Source of the DNA: Amphiscolops sp. MND2022
Lineage: Eukaryota
Assembly: GCA_964187785.1 (NCBI GenBank)
Contig: OZ076409.1
Location: 3,722,001-3,786,000 of the forward strand
Reading direction: 5' to 3'
DNA length: 64,000 nucleotides
Below the pieces are notes generated by a model. The model saw nothing but the letters and a program-made list of their open reading frames with translations, ran no database searches and had not been told where the DNA came from. The position numbers and the translations under genes were made by a program. Below are positions 45,170 through 58,888 of the stretch, in pieces; within the stretch, counting starts at the first letter, position 1, and the number at the start of each line of letters is the position of its first letter.

Positions 45170-48100
45170 ATTGCAAGTTTCTTACAATGTCGATCATTTG
45201 TTACAAGTTTATGATAACATTTTTGCAAGAAGAGCATATTTTGGTATGAAATTTTTACAAAAATTGCGTTCGCTATTTTCTCATGTATGGAATTTCAAAC
45301 AAAATTTGGACGAAAATCAGTCAAAATTTCTCTGAAATTTCCTTGTGTCATGTTTGAATAGAACAAATTATGTGTCACTGAATTAGAAATCATGTTTTTC
45401 ACAAACACAACTAACCTAATAAACGGTTAGCATTAAGAACTCTTTTCGACACCGCATTTCCTGAAATAGCTTGAATTGTAGGATATTTTGGGGAGTACAA
45501 ACTAAAATCACTGTATCTTAGAAATATTGATTGAAATTTGGGTACAAGGATTACAACTGAATGAAAAAACATCAAATACCTTTACTTCTATGCTAAAATA
45601 TCTTTATTTCTTTATATTCGTTTTCTTTTTCGAGTTTCTTTTTGTCTCGTTGAATTTTATGCTGTGTTTTGTTATATTTTCAAGTTAAAATTCGTCCTAG
45701 CCCTTTCATCCAATTGAGATTCATCAACGACAGGGATGCTTTTTGGCTTTTGTGACTATTGATGGTAATTCAAGTGTTTGTTTCTCTGTTTGTTTTCACT
45801 GTCGCTTTTGTCTTTCCCTCGAAATTGTTTTGGTTGTTGTTCATGCCTTCGTAATTGGTTCTGCCTGTCACCAATCGAGAATTTTTTATTATTAAAGATT
45901 GTGATTTTAGTGTGATTTGATGATCCGCTGTTTCTTGTGTTTGATTGAAAGTTGAAACTCACTGGCACGTACACTGACAAAAAGTGTGCAATTTGTCTGG
46001 CAAAACTGCAAAATCAACAATTTTTTCGTCAACAGGCACCTCCGGGAAAGGTGAAATTCAGTTCTAGCGCTGCTAGCGACCTGAAATTTCACACCGTTCA
46101 TTACACTGGCTGAATCGTGGGGACTTAACCTCCGATTGCATCAAAATTGACTCTGTGGGTGTTACGGTTACTTAACAATGTTCACTGAAAAAATGACTAT
46201 GTCGTGAAATTCACAAAAATTGGTCAAACTCGCCTTCTAGGCGTCCTAGCTACCTGAAATTTTGTATGCGAGCGTAAATTATGCCCACGTAACAGAAAAA
46301 CACGGCGGCGAGGTGCCTGGGTTAATACCTGGCGGTTTGGTGTGACAAAACCTTGATGTACATGAGGTACCATTTTTTCGGGTCAAAATTCACAAAAATG
46401 TCAATTTCTCGGCTTTGGCTAGCCACTAGCTGCTCAAATTGCACAAATCGTCGTGATTCGGTACCACGTGCTCAAAAATACGGGAAATTAGGTGCAGGAA
46501 TACCTTCGGGATATCGCACTGGGCTCAATTAAAATACCGATTTTTCGGCAATTTTATGCACTTTTCGAGCACAACTGCGGCTAAGATTTTTCCACGAGTA
46601 CTGACAGTAGCGCCACCAGATTCACGCTACTAGCGTAACGTTTTGCGTTCTACACGATGGTGCAATTCGTTTTTGCCTTTTCCTGCTAGGAGAGATTTCG
46701 ACTTGTCAAAAAACGTGGTTGTCGAATTCCCAGAATACCGCAAAATTAGTGCGTTTTCGGCTATTTCTCGGCAACCACAGCTCGGAATCACTCGCAGTCT
46801 TCTGCGTTAGCAACGTTACATTCTATATTAACAGAAAACAGGGGGCCCGCGGCGCGCCAATTCGGTCCGATTTTTTGGTTCTTCAGGTACTGTAGAAGAG
46901 AATACTTTAGCACTTTGAAGTCCTTTTGCTCTTTTTGAGCCTTAGATTTGGCGCCAACTTGGGCCAGTCCCAGCCCGTTATTGTATTGGAACGGTTTGGG
47001 TATTCTGCTCACCTTTTCGTAGTGTGCACTCCTTTCCTCTAGTAGTTTGTATTTTCAGCCAAATTGGTGGAGCAGTTGTTTTGTCTCGATGAGTTTGGTG
47101 CTCTGCATTGACCAAAAGCAAAAACTTTGTATTTTGTTCACGGTGGCTACTAGATGTTTCTGACTATTTTGATGAACAGCCTTTCCTAGACTGATATTAG
47201 TTCCTTCTGTTGTTAGAGATGTTTTAATTCTTCAATCAATCATACATAGATTACTGTATCAGATCGGTTATCGTCTCACTTGTCTTGTCATTTTTGTTGA
47301 TTTTTTCAATTTCGTAATCGACTGGGGATCTACGTAGCATTGACAGTAATTTAGAGGCGATTAGTTCGGCAGGTGGTGCGATATTGTTTTTCACTGTTTT
47401 TCTCTGTTTGTAATATTCGTGTCCATACGTCTTCAGATGTTCCGTTTGGCTCTTTTGTAATCCAAAGAAGTCTGCTCTGCTGTGAAATTTGTTTAAAATT
47501 CTGATAAGAAAAGTAATCGGAAAAGTGAGTATATTTGCTTTATGTCAATTCGATTGAAGTTGTTATCTCTGACGGTCTTTGTCATCTGAGGAAGAATCGA
47601 GGATTTCAGGTAGTATTGGGAACTGCGAATCAAAGAAATTTTCTTTTCGACACTGACCGAAAGGCAGTTTTTTTGGGGTTCGCCTAGTGCCCAAATGATT
47701 ATATATTTGATCCGGAGATCCCAGTAGAACTGAATTTCTCGATAGTTTCTCTGCAGTTGTCACTACGTTCAGGTCGATTCCTTGTGTCATGAACGGCAGA
47801 GTGATTTTACGATGGGCTTTCGTTTCTGTATTTTTCGTTTTTTTCCAGGTGTGTACTTTGCATGAAGAACGTGTGCAATCTACCACTCGTTCTCTTGTCG
47901 TTTTTGTTTCAGTATGGTTACGGCATGTTGCATCTCATGAGAATGGAAAAACTCAGACTTTTCCAAATCATCAATTTTGATTTTTGCTGCGTTTTAACGT
48001 AAAGTGAACCTTGTACACCTTTGGCAGGCACTTAGCCGTCGGAGTTACGCTAATCGACATTTATCACATTCCCTTTTTTGCCACATTGAGTAATCGTAGG

Positions 48101-48633
48101 TACTTAAAAAAAACAAAATGCAAGTTTATTCTACGAGTTGTCTGAGTATAAAACGGATACTACACTAGCACCAATAAATTGATGAGGTTTCAGTTTTAAT
48201 GTTGTGGACAGTTATACTCTCGCCTTTGCGCTACTATCTTGGTGGAGTTTTTTTCACACGACGTTGCTCGTAGAAAATTCAAGTTCAATAAAGCAGCGTT
48301 TTATCGTATTCACGTCGTTTTTTGTTTATCGTTTAGGTTTAATATCCAACTTGTTCACTTTCAATTGGTATTCTCAATCATTGCTTCTGCTTTCAAAAAA
48401 TCTGAGAGTCAGTTCCAGTTGAAGCCAAAGAGGCAGGCGTGGTTAACAAGAATGTGGATGAAACCTTATGTTAGGGTTTTTGAATTCTTCTCACAGAGTG
48501 CTTGCTGATCTAAACAGGTTGGCTTCCAAGGATGTTCAAACAAATAGGGCGGACTTTTCGAGTTTTTTATATTTTATCATTTTTTTTGTTAATTTTGTGA
48601 CAATTTAAGCAAATCTAGGAATTTTTTTCATTT

Positions 48634-51600
48634 TGTTAAGATCGCTAAATCTAAGTTTAAAACAGGTTAGGTACAGAGGTATCTCTTCAGCTGTATTGTA
48701 TCTATCTCAAATACATAATGGTAGAGTAATGTATCTTTTACACCATATCAACTAAACATAAATAGAGCAGTAGCTAAGTCAGTTGTTTATGAGTTTGTTT
48801 GACAACAACACTGTTGCTCTTTTTGGGTTGTGACCTTCGTATGTCATATTCCCCCCTCTTCATGTGGGTTTGTGGTTTGGGGTGTTGATCCCGTATAATA
48901 CGGTTGACTTCTTCTTTTGTCCGTATGTTAGGGTCTTCCTCTTCTTCATTGTTTTGTGGTGGTGTCGTTCGTTTTTCCTGTAACAAATTATGGTTATTTT
49001 TATTTCTTTTACGGTTATTATTGGTTTGATAAGGGATACCGCCTAGTTTATCGGTTTGTTTTGCAAATGGTAGTCTTCTAGACCTTCTTACGGGTGTTGT
49101 TGGTTTAGTTATTATGTGGTCGTGGTTTATACCTGTCTCCGGCGATAGTCTCGTTTCTTTCGGGTGGATTTGTAGTTCGTCGTCTACATTCACGCTTATT
49201 GGTCTGCCTTCACTGTTGTTGTAGCAGTTGAATTCGTCATCTGAGACGATGCTCAGGTCTAGATCCGTCATGTTGCCGGTATTCTTTTGTGGGGAAGTAA
49301 ATTGTCCCTTCTCATTTCTCGGTTGGTCTTTCCTGCGGATCCAGTCTTCACTATTTTCGTGGTTGTTTGGCTTTGGTGGTGCTTTCCTTCTGAGACACAA
49401 GTTGTTTGTGGCTCAGTTGATTTTGAGCAAGACGGTTGTTCCGCAGTCGTTTGTCGAGTGGTTATCCGTTTCGTCGGTGTTGTATTGTTCTGAAATGGTA
49501 ATGGGTTGGATATTAGTTTTCTGTGTATTACTTTATTTTTTATCGGTGGTAACTGTATGTTTGGTACCCGAAATAGCTGTTTGTAGTTTGTTACTAAATT
49601 TGCTGCCCAGTGAATTCGTTTTGTAGTTCTTTTCGTAAAAAGAGAAAGGATATTTATTCGTACTGACCGTATTTGGCGGTTTTTTCGTCTGGGAGAAAGT
49701 CATCCCCTGTCTGTACTTTGGATCGGTCGTCTTTTTCTTGGACATCACCAAGTGGTCGGTGATTTCGCCCGTAGAGCTTCGGGTTATGTACACGGACAAG
49801 TCTTTTGAATCGGCTGAAATAGCATTTTTTAAGTTGGTTAGTTTCGTTCTGGGTTTTCGTCCAAAATGGAGTTCAAAAGTTGTTTTTTTTGTAGTTCAGA
49901 ATGGGTTGTAAATCTAAGCACATGTAGTGTTTTGTCTAAACTATTTCTAAGATTGGTTCCGTCCTCTAAATTTGCTTTTAATAGATTCTTCATAGATTGG
50001 ATGGTTCTCTCAGCCAATCCCGTTCCAGAATGTAAATTTGCTGTACCGTTTTTACGGGTAATATTGTTTTCATTACAATATTTGCTAAATTCTTTTGATA
50101 TGAAAGCGCTTCCTTTGTCTGTTTTAATTGATTTCGGGACGCCGTAAATATTGGTATATTCCTTTAGGAATGTTATTACGGATTCATGATTCGTATTCTT
50201 GCAAATTTTTGCTACCGGCCATCGGCTATTGCTATCGACGGCGATTAGTATGAAGGGGGAGTGTTCAAAATGTTTACTGTTTAGATTTCCAGTGAAGTCC
50301 ATTTGGATTTCTTCGCCTGGGTTTTCCGGCGGTTCTATTTTTGTTTTTTTTTTCAGTACTGGGTATTTGACATTTCAAATTCTTACCGGCGTTCAGGCAG
50401 GCGGAGCAGGTTCTTGCTTTTTTCTCAATGTCGTCCCGCATGTTCGGCCACCAGAATATGGCTGCATCGCCACACATCTTGTTGATTCCGGGATGCCCGA
50501 AGTGGAGTGCGTTCAGTGTTGCGTATCTGAGGCTTTTTGGGACGATAATTCTGTCGTCGACCATGGTGATTCCCCAGCGGTGGGTTAATCTCTTTATGAT
50601 TGGTTTGTAGGTTTCTGGGGCCTGGCTGAGATTGTTGTCTTCGATGCAGCGTTGTAGTTCAATCAAGCCGGGTCTTCGGCGGTGCCTTTGATTAGGGTTT
50701 CAAGATCGAGCATGAAGTCTAATTCTGCCGCTCTAACATTGTCTTCTTGCTTTTTGTTCCTTGTGGCTTTGTTTTCTATTACGCGGTTGATGCGTACGTA
50801 GCGTATTGCGATTTCCTCGATTGGCCCGTCTCTAAATTCTTGTACCGGGATAGCCGGGTATGCGCCGGGTTCTTGAGTTGTGACGGGTTCTTCGGGGGTA
50901 GAGGAAACCGTCGATTCGGTCTCTCTATTGGTTTCCATTGGTGTTTCTGTCAATGTGCTGTGTTCTTGGTGTTCCTGTGACGATTGGTCACCAAAGTTTT
51001 TGAAATATCCTCCGCCGATATGAGTTATTCGGTGTTCTTCTTTCCGCTTTAGTCGGAGGTCGATTCGTTTTACTTCTTTTCGTTCTTCTTCGTCCGGTCT
51101 TCTCGGTACTAGAATTTGTCTTTCTAGTTTCTTGTTGTAGTAATGGCGCATGTTCCCGGGTTTTGTTAGTGCGATCCGTTGTCTCACTAACTCTTTGGTT
51201 TCCGGCGAAATGTCTCTTCTCTTTATGATTTTCATGATTGTATCATCCGCCCCCCAATGGTATTTTAGTCTCCCCTCTTCGTCTCTGGGGTATCTCTCCG
51301 GTTCTTGTGTATCTTCGTTGTTGTTGTTGTCCATTGTCTGGCTCTTTTCTAATTTCAATGATAATTGTCTGTCACGGTGTGATTAATGAAATTAGCGGTC
51401 GTTTGAAAGTTTGAATGATTGTTCGTTTTACTGCAGCGAGTACCACTCTGAGTGCGTCGCGTATCATGCATGACTGCCGTGTTGGAGTGATTTGATTGGT
51501 TGAAAATCCGGCCGATGCGGTAATTTGCCGTTGCAAGCTGCGCGTTGGCGTCAATCACGAATTCTTCTCCGTAATTTTCTTCGGTGGGATTTCTACTGAT

Positions 51601-54600
51601 AAAATCCGTGAATTTGATTTCTTTTCCTGCGGTGTATTTTAATGTGATGTCGAAATGATTGAGTCTGTCGAGCCACCGGGTTAATCGGGCACTGTATTGT
51701 TTATTCGATTTATTCTTCTTCAAAAGCGGTTCCTCGGCTTGGTGGTCGGAGAATAATTGAACTTGTTTTCCGTATAGGTGAAATCTGAACCGTTCTAATC
51801 CCCATACTACCGCCAGTAGTTCTAGTTCTCCGACTGAATTTTTTTTCTGCGTGGTTAAGGTATCGGCTGGCGAATGCTATTGGTTTTAGGTCTCCATTGC
51901 TTTGTTTCTGCCATAATGCTATTCCAAGACCAGTACCGCAAGCGTCGGTAGTTACAATGTTTTCTTTGTTTCCATTGTAGTGTGCAAGGCATGGTTGCGA
52001 AGTTAGTTCTTTCTTGATTTTGTTGAAATCGGTGTTTCGTTCTTCTGTCCACTCCCATTTCGTGTTTTTTTTGAGTAATTGTCTCATGTTGTCGGTTTTT
52101 TCGGATAAGTTTGGAATGAATTTTGCAAAGTATTGGATCGCCCCCAAAAGGGATTTGAGTGTTTTTGTGTTGGTTGGTGGGTTTAATTTGTTTATGGCTT
52201 CCGTCTTTTCTTTGTTCGGTCTTTTTCCATCCTGGGCAATAGTGTGTCCCAGCCAGACTGTCTCTTTTAAGTAAAATTTTGACTTTTTCTTGCTCGCCTT
52301 GTAACCTTCGTTTTCAAGTTTTGTGAGTACTGATTCTAATTTTTGGGTGTGTTTTTCTTTTGTGCCCCGTGTGACCACTATGATATCGTCTAGCCATACG
52401 GGTGTTTCGTGTCCGAGCGTACGGTCTATCTTCTCTTGGAATATTGTGGGTATTTCTGCTGGGCCTTAAAATCCTTTTCGGAAACGGTAATATCCATTGT
52501 TTTTTTCTCCTGTGATTGCGAAGTTGCAATGTTTGCTTGTATCGGGCGCTAATTTCATTTGACCGTATGCATAGTCCAGGTCTATTACGGATATCCAAAT
52601 TGGGTCGGTATTGTTTTCTGATAATTCCGCGGATATTTGGTTGAGTAGTTCATCCATGTTCGGCATGTGTGGTCTTTTCTTTATGCAGCTATCGTTCAGT
52701 TTTCTGGCGTCTAGTGCGATTTTGACGGATTTGTCTTTCTTTACCGTAATTACTACGGGTGATACGAAGCAATCTTCTTCGATTGTTTCTAGTCTTTCTA
52801 AATGTCCGGATTCTATTAGTCGGTTCAGTTCGTTTTTTACATCTTCTTGCAAATGGTAGGGTATCGGTCGTGCTTTTTGTTGTATTGGGTAGCATCCCGG
52901 ATTTATTTGTATTTTGACTTCGGCGTCTTTTATCGTGTGGTTGGTGTTGAAGAGTTTGTGGTATTTTTTGTATACGCTTTCTGATTGGTTGGTTTCGTTG
53001 TTCAATGAGATTTTGTTTATTGTTATTGGCAGTTGTTTTAACCAATTTACTCCCAGTAGTGGTGTGATATCGTTTCTTTTGGTGATTAGCATCGGTAGTT
53101 TGGTTGATACCCCGTTGTATTCCGCGGTTACCCATGTTTTCCCATGAATTTGATTTCGTTTTTGTTTACGTCCTGGTATCTTTCTTTCATTGGTTTGATT
53201 TCTTTTGTTTTGTGTATTTTTTGGTCGTATGGCATGATGGTGACCGGAGATCCAGTGTCGATGATAAATTTTTGCTTTTCCCCGTTTATTATCATTTCGA
53301 CGCCGTAGTGGTCATTGTTGTCGGGTAGTATTTTGTTTATTTGTGTTATTTGGCGGATTTCTTCGGGTTCGCTTTCTTCTTCTTCTTCTGAACTTGTTTC
53401 TTCCAGATAATTGATTCTTCTTTGGTCGTTTCTGCTTTGTTTACTGCGGCATACTCGTGCGAAGTGGCCCATTTTCTGGCAGTTGTTGCATTTTGCGTTT
53501 TTTGCCGGGCATGTATGTTGTGGGTTCCAATTTTGTTGTCCACAAAATCCGCAGTTGTTTTTCTTTTGTGTTGTTCTGTCACCGTATTTATCGGTTTTGA
53601 ATTTTGGTTGTATTTTTTGGATTGGTTCTTCTTTGATTTCTTTATCTTTTGCAAGTGCAGCTGGTATGGTAGATTGTTTGTGTCGGCGGTCGTAGCTGTT
53701 TTGTGTGATAAGCTCTACGGTGGTTTTCAGGTTTAAGGTCTTCTCGCGGATAAGTTTCTCCCGAAGTTTTTTATCGGTTATACTCGTGATGAATTTCGAT
53801 ATTAATATGTCTTCCTGTTTAATATCTTTGAATTCGCAGTTCTTTTCGAGTGTTATCAGCTTTTTCCAGTGTTCTTCTGGTGTCTCGTTTTCTTCTTGTT
53901 TAGCCCAGAAGAAATCTCCGCGGCTATGGTATGTATTTCTTTTCGGCATGTAGTACTCTTTAAATAGCTGTATTAATTTGTCGGTTGTAATTGTATCTGG
54001 ATCCGTATTGAATTCGCTTTTTGTGTTGATTTCAATTGTTGACGGTCCGGCGCCCCAGATAAAATCTTGTCTGATATCTGGTTCTTTTGTATTCCACGGG
54101 TCTCCGGTTGGTACCGTATCATCCGTTAGTATCGGTTTGATGTCGATGTTATAGATTCTTTTTATGTAGTGCCGGAGTCTTTCGGTCCATTCTTTGGGTG
54201 TATATAAGTTCTTGCCGTCTAATCCGGTATCTTCTAGATATGGTAGTTGTATCTTGGTTGCTACGGCCATTCTAGTGTAGTTGTATGTTGGTAGGGTAGA
54301 AAGGGTAAAAGAGGTGAACAAATTCAGTAAAAGGAAGTCTTGCTTACTGCGCCATGTTAAGATCGCTAAATCTAAGTTTAAAACAGGTTAGGTACAGAGG
54401 TATCTCTTCAGCTGTATTGTATCTATCTCAAATACATAATGGTAGAGTAATGTATCTTTTACACCATATCAACTAAACATAAATAGAGCAGTAGCTAAGT
54501 CAGTTGTTTATCAACTAAACATAAATAGAGCAGTATCTAAGTCAGTTGTTTATGAGTTTGTTTGACAACAACACTGTTGCTCTTTTTGGGTTGTGACCTT

Positions 54601-54611
54601 CGTATGTCACA
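48634..54611 (-). mobile_element. Full-length, decayed Ty3/Gypsy element with short LTRs
   Basis: LTRs 48634-48848 and 54355-54611; PBS TGGCGCAGTAAGCAAG (tRNA-Ser-like); PPT AAGAGGGGGGAA; flanks CATTT / CACTT. Confidence 0.92.
48850..54270 (-). pseudogene. Gag-pol with multiple frameshifts and stops
   Basis: CNNCQKMGHFARVC, FIIDTGS, IALDARKLN, TTDAC, LHFGHPG, TDKGSAF. Confidence 0.92.
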
Positions 54612-54689
54612 CACTTCTGGTTATAGAACGTTTTGCCGTTTTGTTGCCGGCGTTTTTTGTCACGTCATTATGACGATTTTTGTTAGCTT

Positions 54690-55150
54690 CGTGTTGGGAC
54701 CAAAAATACCTTCAAGATCAAGGTATATCTTCTGAATTTATATCTTCTGAAAAAAAATGTTTTTCGGCGACATACGGTTTCTTCTATTTGAATGTTAGAT
54801 TGAGAAAATAGCCTTTCGACTGCTCCTGGGCTTGCTGGAATGGCTGAAATTTCAAGCATCATTTTTTTGAACACTACACATTTTCGGCACATTTTCTGCG
54901 TCGCAATTCACGCGCTCAATTTAATTATTGCGCAATTTTGTGTAGTTCGTGTATTTCTCCTGTATATTTCAAAAAAAATCGTGTATCGTGTTGGTTCGTG
55001 TAATGAAAATCAAAAAATTGAGAATTGCAATTTTTTGAATAATTCATGGAAAAGTAAAGAAGATCTGAGAGATAGTTTCGATTTGCAGTACATCTAGGTT
55101 GGTGAAAATATACATTGAAACACTTCAATTTAACTACATTCCATTTGGCA
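54690..55150 (-). pseudogene. hAT transposase C-terminal relic
   Basis: LEISAIPASPGAVERLFS resembles the hAT dimerisation motif; flanking frames are broken. Confidence 0.55.
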
Positions 55151-56257
55151 TCAACAGAAAGATAAAATCAAATTGGGCATTGTAATTTTAAATTAAATCG
55201 GTAAACAATTTTGGCAACATTGAGCACAGAATTTGATACAAACAACAGAATTTGATGATCTGTGGTAGATGCAAATATATTGCGAAACAAAAGTTGCTTC
55301 AAACGCTTTCTTTTCCCGTGAAATTTGATAAGCTTCAAAGCAGTTGAAAGTCAAAACGTCGAAAAAAGCCCCAACGAATCTAATAATAAAAAATTTCTTG
55401 TGTTTTTCTAAGTTCTGTTTTGAACACTTTTTGAAAGTGATTTTCTTGACCAATATTCCATTTCTCATCCATGTTTTTCCCAGCTGAACATAATATGTAT
55501 TTTTGAGTATAAATTAAGCACCTTACTTGATCCCTTTGCTTTATAGTGTTTTTCTTGAATAATGCTACATTTTATTGTCTGACATGTCCTGTTTTTTTTT
55601 TGCTGATAACAAATGAAAAGTAATTTACATTTTTCTGTTTTTAAATTTCGGATGAATTTTTTCATTTAGGAAGAAAAAGAAAGTCTTTGAAGCATTGCAT
55701 AACCAATGATTACATAATATAGCATGACGTCACATTTCACTCGTCACTGTCTCTCGGTGGTTCGTCTCGAATGTGAAGGGAAGTAGAAGTTTACCAGCAC
55801 CTTTCTTCTCGTTTGCAATTCGGTTCAAGTCGGGCCGAGCTCTTCCTGAGCCTCGTTTGCCAATGAGAATCGGATCATCGCTGATAGTGTCAGGATTGCT
55901 CAAGTGATTGTTTCGGGTTTTCGAAAAAAGAAACAAAAAAAGTAGTTGGTTTCATTTAATTTTGTCAGTTTTAGGCTGATGATTAAATTTGTTTATATAC
56001 GTTATTTTTGCAATAAGGAAAAATTTGGTTTTTGAAATATTCTTGACAAAGTGTTTCGCCTGAAAACTGGTCAAAAATCGTATAAGTTTTTTTTGAGAAT
56101 CAGGTCGTGTTTGAATTCCCGAATTGACCCTACATGCAAGTCGTCATACAATTGTACTACGATTGCGTCATAACCACGCCAACGGAGTCTACTTCAACTG
56201 GCCGACTGATCAACTGAACGAAAGCGCAACTGACCGACTGATTGAATGATGAAATTG

Positions 56258-56375
56258 AATTTGATTGGTTATTGGAAATACGAGACGGTTTCGGTAATTT
56301 CATCATCTTGTCGGAGAATTTGATTGGTTAATGGAAATACGAGACGGTTTCGGAAATTTCATCATCTTGTCGGAA
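56258..56375. repeat. ~60-bp tandem duplication
   Basis: ATTTGATTGGTTA(T/A)TGGAAATACGAGACGGTTTCGG(T/A)AATTTCATCATCTTGTCGGA occurs twice. Confidence 0.85.
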
Positions 56376-58888
56376 AATAAACAACGTTCGAAAAACGCGT
56401 CGAAAAATTCCATATCAGCGATTATTTTCAGATTGTTATTTGAAGTGGTTAGCATATTTGTTGTATGGCTCGGTCGCTTCGCTCCCTTCGCCAAGTAGCA
56501 ACATTGAGGCATGGCCGTATGGCACGTCGCTCCGCTTCGCTTCGCTCCTGCATTTAGGGCACTAGGAGTATGTGAACATATCTGACTACGTTATCGTAAT
56601 TTTCTATTCACGCATTCGGCTAGTTGCACATTCTTCCAATTGAACAGTCGGCCAGGTGCACGGTACCCACGCCAACGACTTAGGCGTGATCGTGCCACGA
56701 CTCGCATTACGATTGGAGCGATGTCGTAATAAGATTGTACTACGAAACGTGTGATCGAGTTCGAACAAAGTGTCCGCAAAGCACGCCAGCAATTTCAGAA
56801 AAGATTCTAAGCGAGATTCCTTCTGCACTCTAAAGCGTAACTTAGACCACTATCTTGCAAAATAGCAACTGGAAAACTGATTCAACTTTTTAAGAACGGG
56901 TTGATGAAACAAATTGTAGCTCATCAATGTTTTGCCTGAAGTTACGAGGAAAATAATATGACAAAAATGGAAGCCGCCTGGAAAATTTCTGTGGAAGGAA
57001 TGAATTATGAAACATAATTTGCTAGATTTATTATTCACTGAACGAGAAATCGAAGAAAACAGAACATGCGCTTCGTAGTATGATTCGTAATGCAAATCGT
57101 AGTTTGATGTCCATGATTGAGTCGATCTTGCTACGATCGTACTAGGATAGGCGCGATATTGCTGTGAGGGCCAACGTGGGTTAGACTCAATTGCATTGTT
57201 CGATGGAAAAACGAAATAAAACAATTTGGTGAAATGAAAAAGTAAAGAAAAACGCATCACAGTGCTGAAAACTAAAGAGATACCAAATTATGTTTCGATG
57301 GCAAAAAATTGTGGAAAACCTAAAAAGGAGAACCCTTTTGGTCTTTAGTGACTTTAACTCTTCAGATTGGAAATTTTTCAGTTGAAAAAGTGGGCCATTC
57401 AGTGTTAGCATTGTCATCTGACATAAATGCTTGCCTTGGTAATAGTAGAGAACTTCTTTTTACGAAAAGAGGCAACTAAAAATTGTAATTCAAGTTTTTT
57501 ACTGAACTGTCACAAGCAGCATCATTTCTATCTGAAATTTGTGAAATGCTGCCATGTTTTTGCATGATGCAGGTAAAATTCGCATGAGTTTACTATGCAA
57601 AATCAAAGAATCTTTCAAAATTTGCCTGTATGCATGAATGCAGCATGAAAAAAGTCCCTGTTGTCAAAAAAAGGTAGTTGTAAGTTGAGCATTCCTGATT
57701 ATGACTCGTCTGGCACTGGGTTTTCCTCGCAAAATAAGTTGTGTAATGACAAAAAAACAACCAGATATCAAAAACACAGTCAGCAGGAAAATTCCAAAAA
57801 ACATGAGCCAGGCGAAGAGAACGCTGTAAAAGACGAGTTGCTGTTTTTCAGAAAGCAGCATTTTTTTCGCCAGAAGAGGGTTGGTGTAAAAGTGATTAAA
57901 TTAACCAGCAAAAGTAAACAACAGAGAATAAAACCTTGTAGATTGGGGAGGATTGCGAAGTTCCGGTCTCCGTGACATGAAAAGCGGCGGCGTTCTTTTT
58001 GTAAAGCGGCTTAAAGGATTTTAGGGGGAAGTTTTTGAGGGGTAGGGAAAGGCTGTATTTGATCCGGAAATAATTGTAAGATAGCCAAGACTATATCCCA
58101 GACTATAAAACCAGTTAGTTAATGTAGTCTAGAAGCTAGTTATAACAACTCTGACCTTTTCCAGACTTTTCCAGACCGCATCCAAAAATGTTCCAGCTTA
58201 TGCAGTTAGATTCAGTAACATCAGTCTGCAAAGGCTATTATAATAATGGCACGCAGACTTGAAAGTTCGCGGTGTCAAGGTCAGATGCACTTTTGACACT
58301 TTTCCTGGAAAAGTTACCAAGTAATAGTATTAACGGTCTCCCACAAAATCAGTAATGAGATTTCTTCTCAGGTAATTCTGGGCGACAAGAATGTACGTGG
58401 ACTGCATTAAAGCAGAGACTGAATGGATCACTTTAGCCAGCAAGTGATATTACGAACTTGAAATCCCTGAAAAAGCAGAACCTATGAAAAAAAATTAAAA
58501 AACGAAACATTTGAGAACGAAGTTGAATGAATAAAATTCCATAAAACTTTGGTTGAATTAATGAGTGGTTCATGTAATCAAGAATAGATTTTTGGTACAA
58601 TTTCACCGCGATTATTTCGTCATGATCTTTTTATTAGGAAACTTCGGAGTTTAAAAGAACAAATACATATGAAATAATTGTTCAAATACATAATGACTTT
58701 CTCGGCTTTGAATGAGGTTTTTTAACTTGTACTACAAACACATGAATAAATTGAAGTTAATTTCCCCAATTCCGCAGGGTTGACGCCGAATAAGCAGTTC
58801 CGCTCTTCTAAGTGGGGGCCATTTCGGATACGATCTCCCCATAGCAAGCTATAGTTAGAGGACAAATTGAAGACTTGAGACATTATTA

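Noticed and set aside
45175..48628. Possible gene between the Copia and the second Gypsy
   Set aside because: Only short ORFs with no recognisable motif or consistent exon chain.
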